Assembly (NCBI GenBank): GCA_001938485.1
Contig: MQRK01191162.1
Span: 1 to 56,313, forward strand
Source of the DNA: Girardia tigrina
Lineage: Eukaryota
Length of the DNA: 56,313 bases
Direction of reading: 5' to 3'
The position numbers and the translations under genes were made by a program. Under the pieces are notes generated by a model that worked only from the letters and a program-made list of their open reading frames with translations, was not told the origin of the DNA and made no database searches. Positions 35,228 through 48,260 of this stretch are shown here, one piece after another (the first letter of the stretch is position 1; every line of letters begins with the position of its first letter).

Positions 35228-38200
35228 TTGATACACCGACTGTCCACACTTACGGCATATTGCAAATATGCGTTTACCTCATCTCACCGCTGCCCTCCCG
35301 TTAGAACAGTTGCGTGCAAGACACAAGCAACTGCTGACAATACCAGGGCAAGCCCAACCATGCGAAAAATTGTGCCAATGACTTTTGAAAGCACACACAC
35401 TCCATCATTTGAGCAGTATTTTAGGGTTCAATCAATGGGGACCATGGCATCTACCCCATCCTACAAAAAATAGCTGCTTATCTCAACAGCATCAATCCAG
35501 CCATAATCGCCAACGATACGGACGAGCACACACTACGCTGGTTCTTTTTACAGGCACTTCCGGTTTCACACTGAGCAATCCTAGCCGCATCCGACAATCT
35601 GCCGCAGAACAAACTTGCCATAATATAATAATAATGACGGGCCAATATAATATAGGCCACATTGCAGACACAGACGAACACAACGCGGATCACTGTTGCC
35701 TGCTCACGCCAAAACAGGTTAACGCTCGTCACAGGACAGCCCTGAATACTTAAGCAGATTTACATTTTGCCGAGCTAGTGGCGCTCGTGGAGCAAATAGC
35801 GATTCTCCAGCCTAGTTTGGCTGAAATCACTCGTAATATATTTTCCACGACGATAGCAAAGCACCCCCAGTGCGGCATTTCGGGGAACACTGTCTCATAC
35901 AAATGTGCTATTGTCAACCGGTCAACACGGGGGGACATTAACCCCACCCGTCGGTCTTTCTGCCAAAGCCACCATCCTGTCTTACTTTTATCTTCGGTTT
36001 GGTTAATCGGCCAGAAAATGCCAGCCGGGATTCACCTTCCCTTTCAACCGTTCAGCACTGCAGACAACCGAAATATATATCTGGCACGCACAGTTGGGCC
36101 GACGCGAAGGCCTACGCCCCAGAATGCGTGCACCACGAGCAAACAACTAGTGCCATCCCTCGTAATTGCGGCAAATGAGGCAAGTGAGGACAACTGCTGC
36201 GGTATCTTCAGAAGGCTGCGAGAGACCCGATCAACAGCTCTCACTGTTTCTTTGTCTTTATCTTACTACTCACCTTCATGTCGCATCTCAAACGGCACAC
36301 TCGACACCTTACTACCACCAACGAATGTTCACACTTAAGGCACATTGCAAAAACATAGACATTTACCGTGACGAGTGTCACTCAACTAATTCTATGGGTC
36401 GATTTCGTAGAACATTTCCGAATCCTATTAGATTGTAGTACCTTAACATTAATGCTCAAAGGTGTCATCATATTGACAACAACCATGAAATCAGTGACAA
36501 ACTCGCAATTCATCCGAAACAATGATCATGACTATAAACCAATCTGATGTACTCTCAGTTGTCCTACACTGAGCGTACAATCAACACACTTGAATCCGAC
36601 ATTGCCAAACAAATACGTGAACAGTTTTCAAATCTACTCGATGATAGGAATGCCGAAAAACCAACAGCTTGCGTCTTGACGAACTTGATTGTAACCAACA
36701 CCTGTGTCCCAGTTCATCAGCAGCGTCTAGAACTTTCAAAAGAAGTCCGGTCACAAGCCGCAGACGAATCACTTCAGGTGGAGACATCTAGGGTCATTCG
36801 GCATTCCTTCTCTCCGTTGACCACTCCACTTAAAATAGTTCAGAAAAAGGATTAGTCGCTCCGGATCTTCGATGATTAAAGGAGAGTAAAGAAGGTCACT
36901 GTGCCAGAATTCTACCCCATGTCACTTATAAAAGACATACTTCAGCATTTCACAGGTTGCACTGTATTCTCGTCACCTGATCTAAGCAAGGACTATCACC
37001 AGATTCCAATAAATGAGGCTTTTATGTTGTTCAGGTTATACGAGTACCTCCGAATCCCATTTGAATTGCAAAACGACCCACAGACGTTCCAGAAGCCCAT
37101 TAATATTGTCCTGAACGGTCTCAACAACGTCGCCACATACATCGACGACATCATCTTTGCTTCGGGGAACCACGAGGAATACGAAAAACACCTACTCGAA
37201 GCCTTGACTAGATTACATGATCACAACCTTCTCATCAAGCTTGAAAATGTCAATTTTTCCAGTCAACCGTAGAGTTCCTCGACCACAACATATTCAGAGA
37301 CGGGGTCCGATCTCTTGACAGCAGGGTAAAAGTCATTATAGATTTTTCTCGGCCAGAGACGTTTACGGCTTTGCGATGCTTTTTTTGAATGGTTAACTAT
37401 ATCAAAAGCTTCATGCCAAACCTGTCCGAACACGTGCCCCACTCACCACGCTTTCTGCTGTACCAAAACAATCTAGAATAACCTAGTCACAGGAAAACGC
37501 CTCTGCGTTTCAATAAGTCAAAGATGACCTGCTTACTTTAAGCTCACTATACTTCCCCGACATCAATCTTCGACTAATGCTGACAACTGCTACATCGAAC
37601 ATTGCCATCGGTGCAGTGCTCATACCGAGTTGTTGGGCACGACCGGAGGGGATAGAATTCTTTTCACACAAATTATCACCAGCACGGACGAGATACTTAG
37701 CCTTCAGCCGTGAACTGTTAGAACTGTACTTCTTGGTTCGACTCTTCGAACACTTCAACATCGCCAAGCCGACCACCATCTGTACAAAACATAAGCCACT
37801 GATGTTTTACCTCACGATGAAAAATCGGTAATCGAGAAAGTAGCATCAAATCAATGTTCAACATCAACAGGAACACCTGGTGATTTGAGGCAATCCAAAT
37901 CCGAACACTTTCCACAGATAACATCCATGAGATATGCATGAATCTCTGATTTTCACAGTACAGTATTCGAAAAAGGATCAATACAGACCAAGGATGACAG
38001 TTCGAATCGGAGAGACCTCATCAAACGGCTGGACATTCAGAAAATAAGAACTGCAACATATTACCTGCAAACCAACGGACTCATCACATCCTAAAAAACT
38101 TGTTCCGAACATCAGCACATTCATACGACTGAGTGTGAAAGTTACAATTCATCCTGTTAGGATGGAGGAATATTCTCCCCAGCAGACACGGGACCTCACT

Positions 38201-38900
38201 GGCCCAATTGCTTTTCGGGACGACCACCTCACTCAACAACGAGTTAGTATTCAATGAGGCACCAAAGAATGACGACATGTTCGCAGTGGCATTCGAGAAC
38301 TTTCTGCAAGGCAACAGAACCCCACCAATTTCAGATGAACAGCGTATCTTCGTCGCCAGAGAACTTACAACCTCCCAAATCGTGTGGATACAAAAAGAAA
38401 ACAGGAACTTTCTCGAAAGTCGCTACACCAGTCATACAAGCTCATAAACTATTGCGATGAATAACAACACCGCTAAAACATTTGTCCATGGCAAGGAACT
38501 CACTGTAAATAGTAGCAACTTAAAGTCATGTCTACTATTGAAGGATGTCACCCTCCAACAACTCTAATCAAAACAAGATTCAAACGTCTCACAACAAAAA
38601 AAACGCAACTTCTATGATTCCACCTGCTGCGAACACCACAATGACTCTATCTCAGAGAAACTTCGTCCCCCTAGCACAATTCCATGATAGCACCTTCAGA
38701 ACCAAGACTGCACAGGGTCCAACCGTAACTATAACACCCAGTCACAGTACAAAACACACATATAAAACAACACACAGCAGACACATTGAGATACAACTCA
38801 TCTGCGTTTCTACAGATTAACCATTCACTACAGCTCTCCAGATGTCCAATTCCACCAGAACAATCATACTTCTACTATACTTCGCATTCTTTAGCAAGGC
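35228..38900 (+). mobile_element. Old, heavily mutated Ty3/Gypsy element
   Basis: RT YPMSLIKDIL...FSSPDLSKDYHQIPI...YIDDIIFAS; RH TATSNIAIGAVL...FFSHKLSPARTRYLAFSRELL. Boundaries approximate. Confidence 0.8.
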
Positions 38901-39484
38901 TTGTGTGATGCTCCGGTCAATATCAAAAAGTTCCGAAAAAAATACAAAAAAAACTTTACTAAAAATGTTTTTTGTTTAAAAGTGTAAATATATTGTGTCA
39001 GATTTATAATAATAAAACATTGATTGTACCATTTTGCTTCTTATTCACCTTTTTTCTACACGAACGATGAAAAGTAAAAAACCTAACGCCAAGGCTCCAT
39101 ACCGTGCAGGGTGGTCGAAGAGGCGTCCCCTGGGACATCGTTCCAGGCTGTGTCTTTTAGCATACCGTACTAACATATCATACGTACTGTGAGAGTACGA
39201 GCTGTAGATCCCAACTGACGAATCGCCATCCAAGTCAAAATAGAGCGGCTCACGGTTTTCGACTCAAAGCAGGGAAGCTCGTGGGACAAAGCTGGACCAT
39301 GGGATCAAGGTCACTTTCCTGTGCCGACAGGATATCCGATCGAGAGCATTGAGCATTAGTTTTCTCCACAGTCAAGGGGTCCCGGTTACAACGGCCCTAA
39401 ATGGGAACTCCTATCCCAGTTTGGAATTGACAACATACAAGAAATGCACATACTTGTGAGTTCAGTATCATTAGCCTATATTTC

Positions 39485-39700
39485 CTACGTTTTCTTGATG
39501 ACTTCTGTACGTGTTAATTCACTCCAATATCGATGCGCCTTATTCTTTAACAAAGACCAAATGTTTTCAATGAAATTGGCATCCGGCGCATTAGCCGGCT
39601 CAATACAGAAAATAAAATGATACAACGCAGTGCTCCCTGCACTTAGATAGGCTGACCATCTGTCGACAAATGGAATTATCACAAACATGCACACTTTATA
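39485..39700 (-). pseudogene. Tc1-like transposase C-terminal remnant
   Basis: PANAPDANFIENIWSLLKNK resembles PPxSPDLNPIENxWxxLK. Confidence 0.55.
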
Positions 39701-39920
39701 AAACATACAGTAACTCATCCATATGCAAAGTGACAAACTCTTTTCTACTGTACACAAAGACCAAAGTTCAACACAGTATTACTCCTTTCTGTTTCTCATG
39801 AATTATAATACATTTTAACATTTGTAATCTATTATATTATAAGTGGAATTAATAATTTGGCTGACCCTGTGTAAATAATGGTAAAAAAAATAAGCATACC
39901 AACAAATTCTTTAAACAAAC

Positions 39921-41581
39921 TGTGAGATAGAATTGGAATTTAATGTGAAAATTAAATTCCTTTGTTTGAATGTGTGGTTGACGCGGATTATTATTAATTC
40001 AAATATAGAACTGAGCGAGGTCAATTTTTATTTTAATTTTCATTACAAGCTATCGCGGCATGAAGCGTAGACGCGGTCCAAATGTTCGATGGACATGGTG
40101 ACTTTTGGATCTAGTGCCGAAAATTCGAAGCCGCGGCGTAAGAATGTGAAGTGGACAAGATGGTGGCTGTATCGATGCTTCTGCAACGGAGAGCCTTTGA
40201 TTTATTTGCAGGACTAACTAACGAGGACCAAAAGAACTACGAATCAGTAAAGGCCACACTGTGAGCGGCGTATGAGCCCAGCTCTCAGGAGGCATTTGAG
40301 GAATTCAGGTCGAGAAGTCTTCGAGGAATTTATGACAACCCTGCAACGACTCGTAACGGTAAACTGCGTGGGGTGGGAACCTTTTTTTATTATTTCTATA
40401 ATTACGATAATACTTTAAAATATTTAATTGTTTCATTTAATTTTATTACTTTTTTTTTAAAATCGTTTCACATAAAAATTATACACTTTTTTACTTTTTA
40501 TATTATATTAAAACTCTCAAAAATTTTTATTAGCAATTTAATTGATCTTAATTTTAGTAATTTTATTTTTTCGAATGTTACATATTTAATTATATAAAAA
40601 TTTTAATTTATACATATTTAATATAACTTTCTTTCAAAAATTTTCCTAACATTTTTAATTCCTAACAGGCCCATTATTGACTCCAAGACCAAGAGCGTGC
40701 TTCATAAGCGCACACCGGATCACTTCTTTGTGGCATACCCTCAACAAAAATTCAAATCGGGAAAAATCAACAGGCCCTCTCTCCTGCACGGGGAGGGAAC
40801 CAGTGAACTTCCATGCGCATTTACCCGTGATCGACGTCCAAGTTGGGTTGCGGTGCGTAAGGGCACTGGTCGACACTGGATCCTCTCTAAGAATGATGAA
40901 GCAGCAACTCGTGTCGCTGTATCAACTGCAGCAAGCATCCCCAAATACTGATGACGTCACACCGACATAGACTATATTCGCTCAAAAACGGAGGCTGCTC
41001 CTTCCGAAAGCGATCAACCTGATAGGTCCCGGTCCGGAAAGCGAGGTTCAAACAAGGGAATTAAAAGTCAGCGAAAAATAATTTGTAAAACCAGAACCTC
41101 CGTATTCATGTATGTCTCGATGGAGACGAGCAACAAACACCGGTTTACATCTGTCGCATCAAGTGCAGGTGGATGGTAGGCCCTATCACATCAGCCATCT
41201 GTAACGGAGTTGATCAACCGGGAGATAGAGGACCGGCACAGTTGCGAGAAGCAAGTGACAACAGTATCTGCAGAAGTTCGGGAACTAGTGAGATCGATGT
41301 ACAGGAGCAGGAAGAGTTGCAATCGGAACGTCTACGGAAGCTCATTTGGCCCCAGTAAGATTGGCAGATTACGTCTGTGAAAGAACTTCAGTTTGTTATG
41401 ACAGTCGAGTGCCCCCTGCTCCGAAGGCGTCTGTTTGTGTGCCTTGAGGGCAGGGAGCGTGTGAGATAGAATTAGAATTTAATAGGATAATTAAATTCCT
41501 TTGTTTGAATGTGTGGTTGACGCAGATTATTATTAATTCAAATAAAGAATTGTGCGTGGTCGAATTTTAATTTTCATTACA
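39921..41581 (+). mobile_element. Non-autonomous short-LTR element with decayed gag-protease only
   Basis: LTRs 39921-40047 and 41460-41581 (TG...CA), PPT GAGGGCAGGGAG, perfect TSD CAAAC. Gag (MFDGHGDF...KFE...YESVKATL), knuckle remnant, protease ALVDTGSS. Interrupted by the repeat at 40381-40667. Confidence 0.88.
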
Positions 41582-41717
41582 CAAACGATTCCACTTAATA
41601 AGAGTAAATGGATGTGTTGTACTTTTCTATTAACAGTAAAAATATCAACTCGATTAATAATTGATAAAACAAATGATTAAAAAATAAATTTTGTTTGAAA
41701 ACAAAAATCGAATAGTA

Positions 41718-42400
41718 ACCAAGACAATATCAAAAATACTTTATTGAGTTTTTTTTTCGGTAAATATAAAAAAACGTTCTTTTTACAAACAAAATATATA
41801 ATGTAATAGAGATACAAAGTGTGCGTGAGTGAATGAATGAGTGTGTCACAACCTCTCTCACACACAACAACAATTTGGTTATCCCAATCGATCAAATATT
41901 TAAATCCATTTTGATACAGTTGGGGTTTGAGTTTTTCTTCTGTAAATTAATGAAACTAAAGAATTGATCGGTGATATTGGAATTATTCTCTTTATATGCG
42001 GACAATAGTAATACAAATGAGTCGAGACTGATAACCGTACGAGCGAGTCAATACCGCTGATAAATATCAATCGATTTACAATTATTATTATTATTGATAT
42101 TACAACTGGTATTATTATAATTATTAGTGATACCAAATTATGAATCAATCGATTATGCGTCGGAAAGCCGCGACACAATGTGACCGAAATCCGCAATGTC
42201 AACACAAATTGAACGATTGAAAATGAGTCGACAAACACTCCCGGATTCGACACAATTCATCGGCAACCGATACGATCCAATGGCCAATCGATCGGTTGAT
42301 TCGTCGATGCATTGAGCAAATTTTTTGATGATTTTCTCCGGCTGATTCGCGAACGATGTGAACGAATAATCGACTAACGAGATATCCGACGCGATATTAC
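41718..42400 (-). pseudogene. Diverged partial copy of the zinc-finger gene (3' half and 3' UTR)
   Basis: IGSYRLPMNCVE, HNRLIHN and HLYYYCPH motifs; the 3' UTR matches 48072-48150. Confidence 0.85.
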
Positions 42401-45288
42401 ACAATAAAGTATATTTTCCTTTTTCGATAAATTTGTAAATTTGCAAAACTTTGAACAGTGAAAAAAACGTTGAACCCAAAAATGTATCGAGAAACATTCC
42501 GTTATTTCATATATACTACACTGTGTTTACGCCTGTTTAAATTTAAGTAGACCCATTTTACATTTAATTATACATATAAATTATATAGTTACTGTAGTGA
42601 TCTACTCAATCAACCAAAAAAATCGGATTAGAAATAAAAGGCCCGGATAAATCAAAAATAATAAAAACAATAACCTTATGAAAATTATTATGTTGTTGTT
42701 TAATCGTATTAAGTTAAAAAATAAATATATTGCACAACATGGTCTCTTGTTCAATTTGATTCAATACTAAACACTCTGCTATTTTTAAACAACATTACCA
42801 CCGCGGGCGTGAGTTTACCGCACGGTCCATCTCACTAGACGTCGCTCCACTTCACGGTCACTGTCTACTGCGATCCCACCGGTCCATTCGCCGGGTCTGA
42901 CTGTTCGTCTCAGAAGACAGGTCGGTCCCTACCGATATTCAGACTTCGCACCGGGTCTGCGCGCTCCGTCCCTGGTGGGATCGCCGAATCCCCCAGAACG
43001 CTACCCTCGACAATCGGTATCGATTCAGTCGATGCGCTGTCGGGGAGTAAGAACCCCACCCAACAGTCGACAGGAGGATCGATCGATGGTCCGGTTGATC
43101 CTGACAGTGGGGCCGATCGACCGAACGAACCGATGATGGACTGGCTGTACCAACGACTCGTGTCGACCGACAAGATGCTGGTTGGTGCAGCGTTGCTTCT
43201 CACGTTTGTGGCTGAGAGTCCGGCCACTTCCGTTGGATGCCAGACCCACAGTTACAAATAAAAACAGATATTCAAAACCTTCCAATCGAAATTCACTGAT
43301 TTTACATTATAATAGGGAATAAAAATTCGCGAGGAGCAGTACAAGAAATGGTAAACAATAAACACCGACAAAATTTTTGAAACAACTGTGAGGGAAAATT
43401 TAATGAGATTAATGTTTAAATACTAATTAATTAAAAGTTTTATAATTATAAATTTTAATATTTTTAGTAAACGATTTAAATTATTGAATTAAATATTATT
43501 TAAAAACTAATGGTTATTTACAAAAATACTTAATGCATTCTTATACAATAAAATTTTGAGAAATTAAAAGTTAATATTTTTGTCATCTCATTTACTAGAG
43601 TGCGGCATGTACGGGCAAGGGCCGATTTTTGGCATTATCCATAATTCAAGAAATTACAACAATCTAGTAATTGCGCAAAAATTCCAAAGCCTGTAAAATA
43701 AAATTCGAAGCTAGTAAGAAAAACAGGTGTATTTTGATTAAAAGATTCTTTTCATGGGAAACAAAACGTTTCCCTCCATCAGTGGCCAACAACTCCCCTT
43801 TTCCATGTCGGTTTTCAAAAAATTACTTTTTCATATTTGTGGCAATTTTTTTATTTCACTTTGAACAACATTACACGAAATTTACATTACGATTATTTAT
43901 TTTTCATATATTAATGCCCTTTTAAAATGAATATGTTATATCAAATTGAAAAAAATGGTTGAATTTCATTGGTCAGTTAGTATTTATATGGTTAGTTTTT
44001 TAAATCTTATGTATAGAGTGCCCTATTTAAGTGGCATAGTGCCATATCAAGACGAAAACGGGTGTTAGAAAGTTATAACTAAAAATAGATTAGAGCGTGG
44101 GGCGTGAGAGGCTGCACTTGACGCGCGGACGTACGCCCTGAACCACGCTGTTTTTTCTGCCAAAATGGGGGGACAGAACCGGCTCCAATAAAAATCAACT
44201 TACCGGCTTTGGATGGCGCATCTTGAAGTACAATAGGGCCGCCATCATGACCTCGCGCGATGCGGTTGGAATCACCGCAGTCGACAAATGAAACATCACG
44301 AGTCGAGCGCGTTCGAATTCGATAAATCGTTCCAATCTCACTCGGAACGCAAGTGAATACAATTCAGAATAATTCATTCCAATGTTTTCTAAGAATCGCG
44401 TTTACAAAATTCGGGAAGAAAAAAAGTGGTTTCGAATTGCAAGTCTTATGTATAAAGTGCTAAATTTTGTTTGAAATTTTTTGTTTGATCATTAATATTT
44501 TTCATATATTAATGCCCTTTTAAAATGAATATGTTATATCAAATTGAAAAATTCTTTCGAATTCGATAAATCGTTCCAATCTCACTCGGAACGCAAGTGA
44601 ATACAATTCAGAATAATTCATTCCAATGTTTTCTAAGAATCGCGTTTACAAAATTCGGGAAGAAAAAAAGTGGTTTCGAATTGCAAGTCTGTTCTGAGAC
44701 AAAAATGAGAATTTTTATCCGATTATTGTTTTGCGTAAATAAAATCGAAAGTACGCAATTTTTTAATTAATTTATTTCGTTTAAACAAAAACACAATTTT
44801 TTTTAAACCATTTACAATGATCTTGGTATTAATAACAGTCAAATAAAAAATCCAGTAATATTTACAGACAAAACATTCTTGCTAAATCATAGATCATTGC
44901 CTACCTCTTATCCCAACGGGCAGTTTCACAAATAATTTATTATCTGTACAAGAAACGAAAAAAAACCAAATTAATTCCGGTGATGTTTTGCAATCAAATA
45001 AATTTGTTGAAGATTTCAAATTTGATCTCTCAAATTCAAATAAGGAAAATTTTGTAATGTTTTTGATTTATTTTTTTTCTGTTTAAGGATCATGCGAACT
45101 CAAATCGTCCACAATTTAACGAAGACTAGCTTCTTTCATTGATAATTCATATAGTATCGGAACTAAAATCACCAAATTTATTCCGATTTCGAATTGGGGG
45201 GAATTTTTGGTCACTACATAGATATTAAAAAAACGTTGCAATCAAAATTGACTGACTTTGCATTATAATAGGACATAAACATTCTAGA

Positions 45289-46591
45289 GGATGAGGCGAC
45301 TTTACCGCGGCTACTTTATCGCGGGCGACTTTACCGCGGACGACTTTACCGCAAGTGACTTTACAGCGGGCGACTTTACCGCGGATTTTTTTCAGATTTT
45401 TAATTAAGATATTTTTTGCCATTATTACCGAATAATGCTTTATTAAAATATAATAATTATAATAAAATTTTCCATTTACGTTTAAAAATATATCTTAAAA
45501 TATTATAAATTTCTTAAAATTTTTCTCTCATTGTTTTTTCAGCATGAATCTTCAATTCTTTACTTCAAAATCTGGAAATCCGATTGTTGCGTATGCAGGT
45601 TATTCTTATCGCTTTGATTATGATTTAAAATCCCTAGATGGAAAATTCTGGCGCTGTGTTGCTTATGAATAACATAAATGTAAAGGAAAAATTCGTACTT
45701 CAAACAACAACGAGGCATCTATTATTTTAGGTCACCCTTCTGAGCATAATCATGCTCCTGAGCCAGGTAAAGTTGTCGCTAGGCACATTGCTCATGGGGT
45801 TGCAACTCGTGCATCGCAGACAGTAGAGGCCCCGAGGCAAATTATTCAGAAATCTAAGACTTGGATTCCACTTAACGTTGCAATATTTCTTCCAAGTTAT
45901 CACTCTAGTCAACGTACAATTCAACGAAAAAGAAAACAAGAGAATGCTCCTTGGCCAAATCCAAATCATCTTTCAGAAATAAATGTTCCTGAAAATTTGA
46001 GGTTTACAACTAAAAATGAATCTTTTTTGATACTCGATTCTGGATCTAATGATGCCAACTGGATAATGCTCTTCAGTACAACTGCAAACATAAATCTGAT
46101 GACTTCTTATGAAAATTGATTTATGGATGGGACATTCTTTTAAGACAACAACCAAATTTAAATCTACAAACTATTATGATGGATTTTGAAAAAGGAGCAA
46201 TGAACGCTGTATCCACTGTATTTTGTAATGCTACTGTTAAAGGCTATTTTTTTTCATCTGAACCAATCAATTTAGAAAAAAATAAAAGAAACAATTTAAT
46301 GTTTTTGTATCTTTCTTCAGTTTCCACATCACATTTTTTGGGTTATTTGAATTTTTAAAATTAGGAATTTACTAATTTTTCGTATGTTGTTTGTTTATTT
46401 TTTTTATAAAAAAGAATAATTAAATGTCATGTCCATCTGAAATTTTCTATCCATTATGTTTTCAAATTAAAACCTTATTATGATTCATTGTTTTATCATT
46501 ACATAATTAACATTTTTTATATATATTTTAGATGACATTGTTTACTTTTTGACAATTTTGTTGTAAATTTTCCGCAGTAAAGTCGGCGTAC
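45289..46591 (+). mobile_element. Internally deleted MULE (Mutator-like) element with FLYWCH-type transposase
   Basis: 9-bp TSD CATTCTAGA (45280-45288, 46592-46600); TIR-associated ~15-bp repeats GGCGACTTTACCGCG. ORF from 45544: GYSYR...WRC...CKG...HNH, MDGTF, MMDFEKGAMNAV, with stops. Confidence 0.9.
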
Positions 46592-47142
46592 CATTCTAGA
46601 GTAGCACTATATAGAAATGGTTGAAAAAAAACACACCCACATATTTTTAAAGAAAGGACTCCACTAAATCCACTACTGGAGTTATCTTTAAAATATTTAC
46701 TACTTCTATCTATAGATTCGTACTAAAAACAATTAAAACTAACTTTTTAGACATCAGAAGCAAAATATCAGCAAAAAACATTTTTTTTTGGATCATTGGA
46801 TGTAGAAATTCTAACGTCAACAACTTCAATAAAAATTAAAAAAAACTAGAGATATCCAAATGGGACTTGTGGTTAATAATCGTAAGTGGGTATTTATGTG
46901 CCTTTTTACCACGTTTTTATTAGCTTGCTTTCTTGTCTGGAACAAATCTTGCGATTGATTTTTCGACCACTTTCTTCAATTTCCACATCACATTTTTGGG
47001 GTTATTTGAATTTTTTAAATTAGGAATTTACTAATTTTTCGTATGTTGTTTGTTTATTTTTTTTATTAAAAAGAATAATTAAATGTCATGTCCATCTGAA
47101 ATGTTCTATCCATTCATGTTTTCAAATTAAAACCTTATTATT

Positions 47143-47417
47143 AAGTACCGTATGAGTGAATGAGAATGAGTGTCAGAACCTCTCTCAAACACAAATCGAT
47201 CAAATATTTAATTCCATTCTGATACAGTCGGGTTTTGAGTTCTTCTTCTGCAAATTAACGAAACCAAAGAATTGATCGGTGGCAGTGGAATTACAATTGG
47301 TCGAGGTAATGTCGTTGTCGTGATCCTCATCGTCGATAATTCTCGACCGAGTAACACACGTTTTATGCGGACAATAATAGTACAAGTGAGACGCCATCGA
47401 GTCGCCATGCATCGACT
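47143..47417 (-). pseudogene. Near-identical short copy of the 3' end of the zinc-finger gene
   Basis: QSMHGDSMASHLYYYCPHKTCVTRSRIIDDEDH...PDCIRMELNI duplicates ~48204-48494. Confidence 0.9.
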
Positions 47418-48260
47418 GTTTAGTTAGTTTTAAAAACAATTAAAACTAACTTTTTAGACATCAGAAGCAAAATATCAGCAAAAAACATTTTTTTTGGATC
47501 ATTGGATGTAGAAATTCTAACGTCAACAACTTCAATAAAAATTAAAAAAAAACTAGAGATATCCAAATGGGACTTGCGGTTAATAATCGTAAGTGGGTAT
47601 TTATGTGCCTTTTTACCACGTTTTTATTAGCTTGCTTTCTTGTCTGGAACAAATCTTGCGATTGATTTTTCGACCACTTTCAGTCATCCAATTGAGCTGA
47701 ATTTTTTTATACAGGCTTGCTTCCGATGACAATACAATATTTTAAAACATTTACGGCTCTACATAAACCACATATACTATAATTTAACTTTATGAAAAAA
47801 ATCAATAATATTAATTAATACGTACAAAAAAATTATTTTGAAATAAAACTTTGTTATTAGAAATCAATCGAAATATTTGAATTCCTAAATGATAACTAAA
47901 AATAGTAAAATAATATTATTAATAAAAAATGAATTTTTTTATAAAAACAACCACGTTTTTCAAGCATTACCAATGCACTAAAAAGAGGAAAATAAATAAA
48001 TAATCCGCCCCACGTTTTGGGGGTTTTTTTTTCACAGTTGTTATCCCAAATCGAATAAGAACAACAAATAAGAACCAAGACGATATCAAAAATACTTTAT
48101 TGAGTTTTTTTTTCGGTAAATATAAAAAACGTTCTTTTTACAAACAAAATATATGGAGTAATAGAGGGAGAGAGAGAGAGAGAGACAAAGTGCGCGTGTG
48201 GATAAGTACCGTATGAGTGAATGAGAATGAGTGTCAGAACCTCTCACAAACACAAATCGA

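Noticed and set aside
39045-39425. GC-richer patch with faint similarity to a LINE RT (GVPW...)
   Set aside because: Too degenerate to support a call.
45294-45385. Six ~15-bp repeats GGCGACTTTACCGCG, superficially CRISPR-like
   Set aside because: No unique spacers; these are the subterminal tandem repeats of the MULE element.
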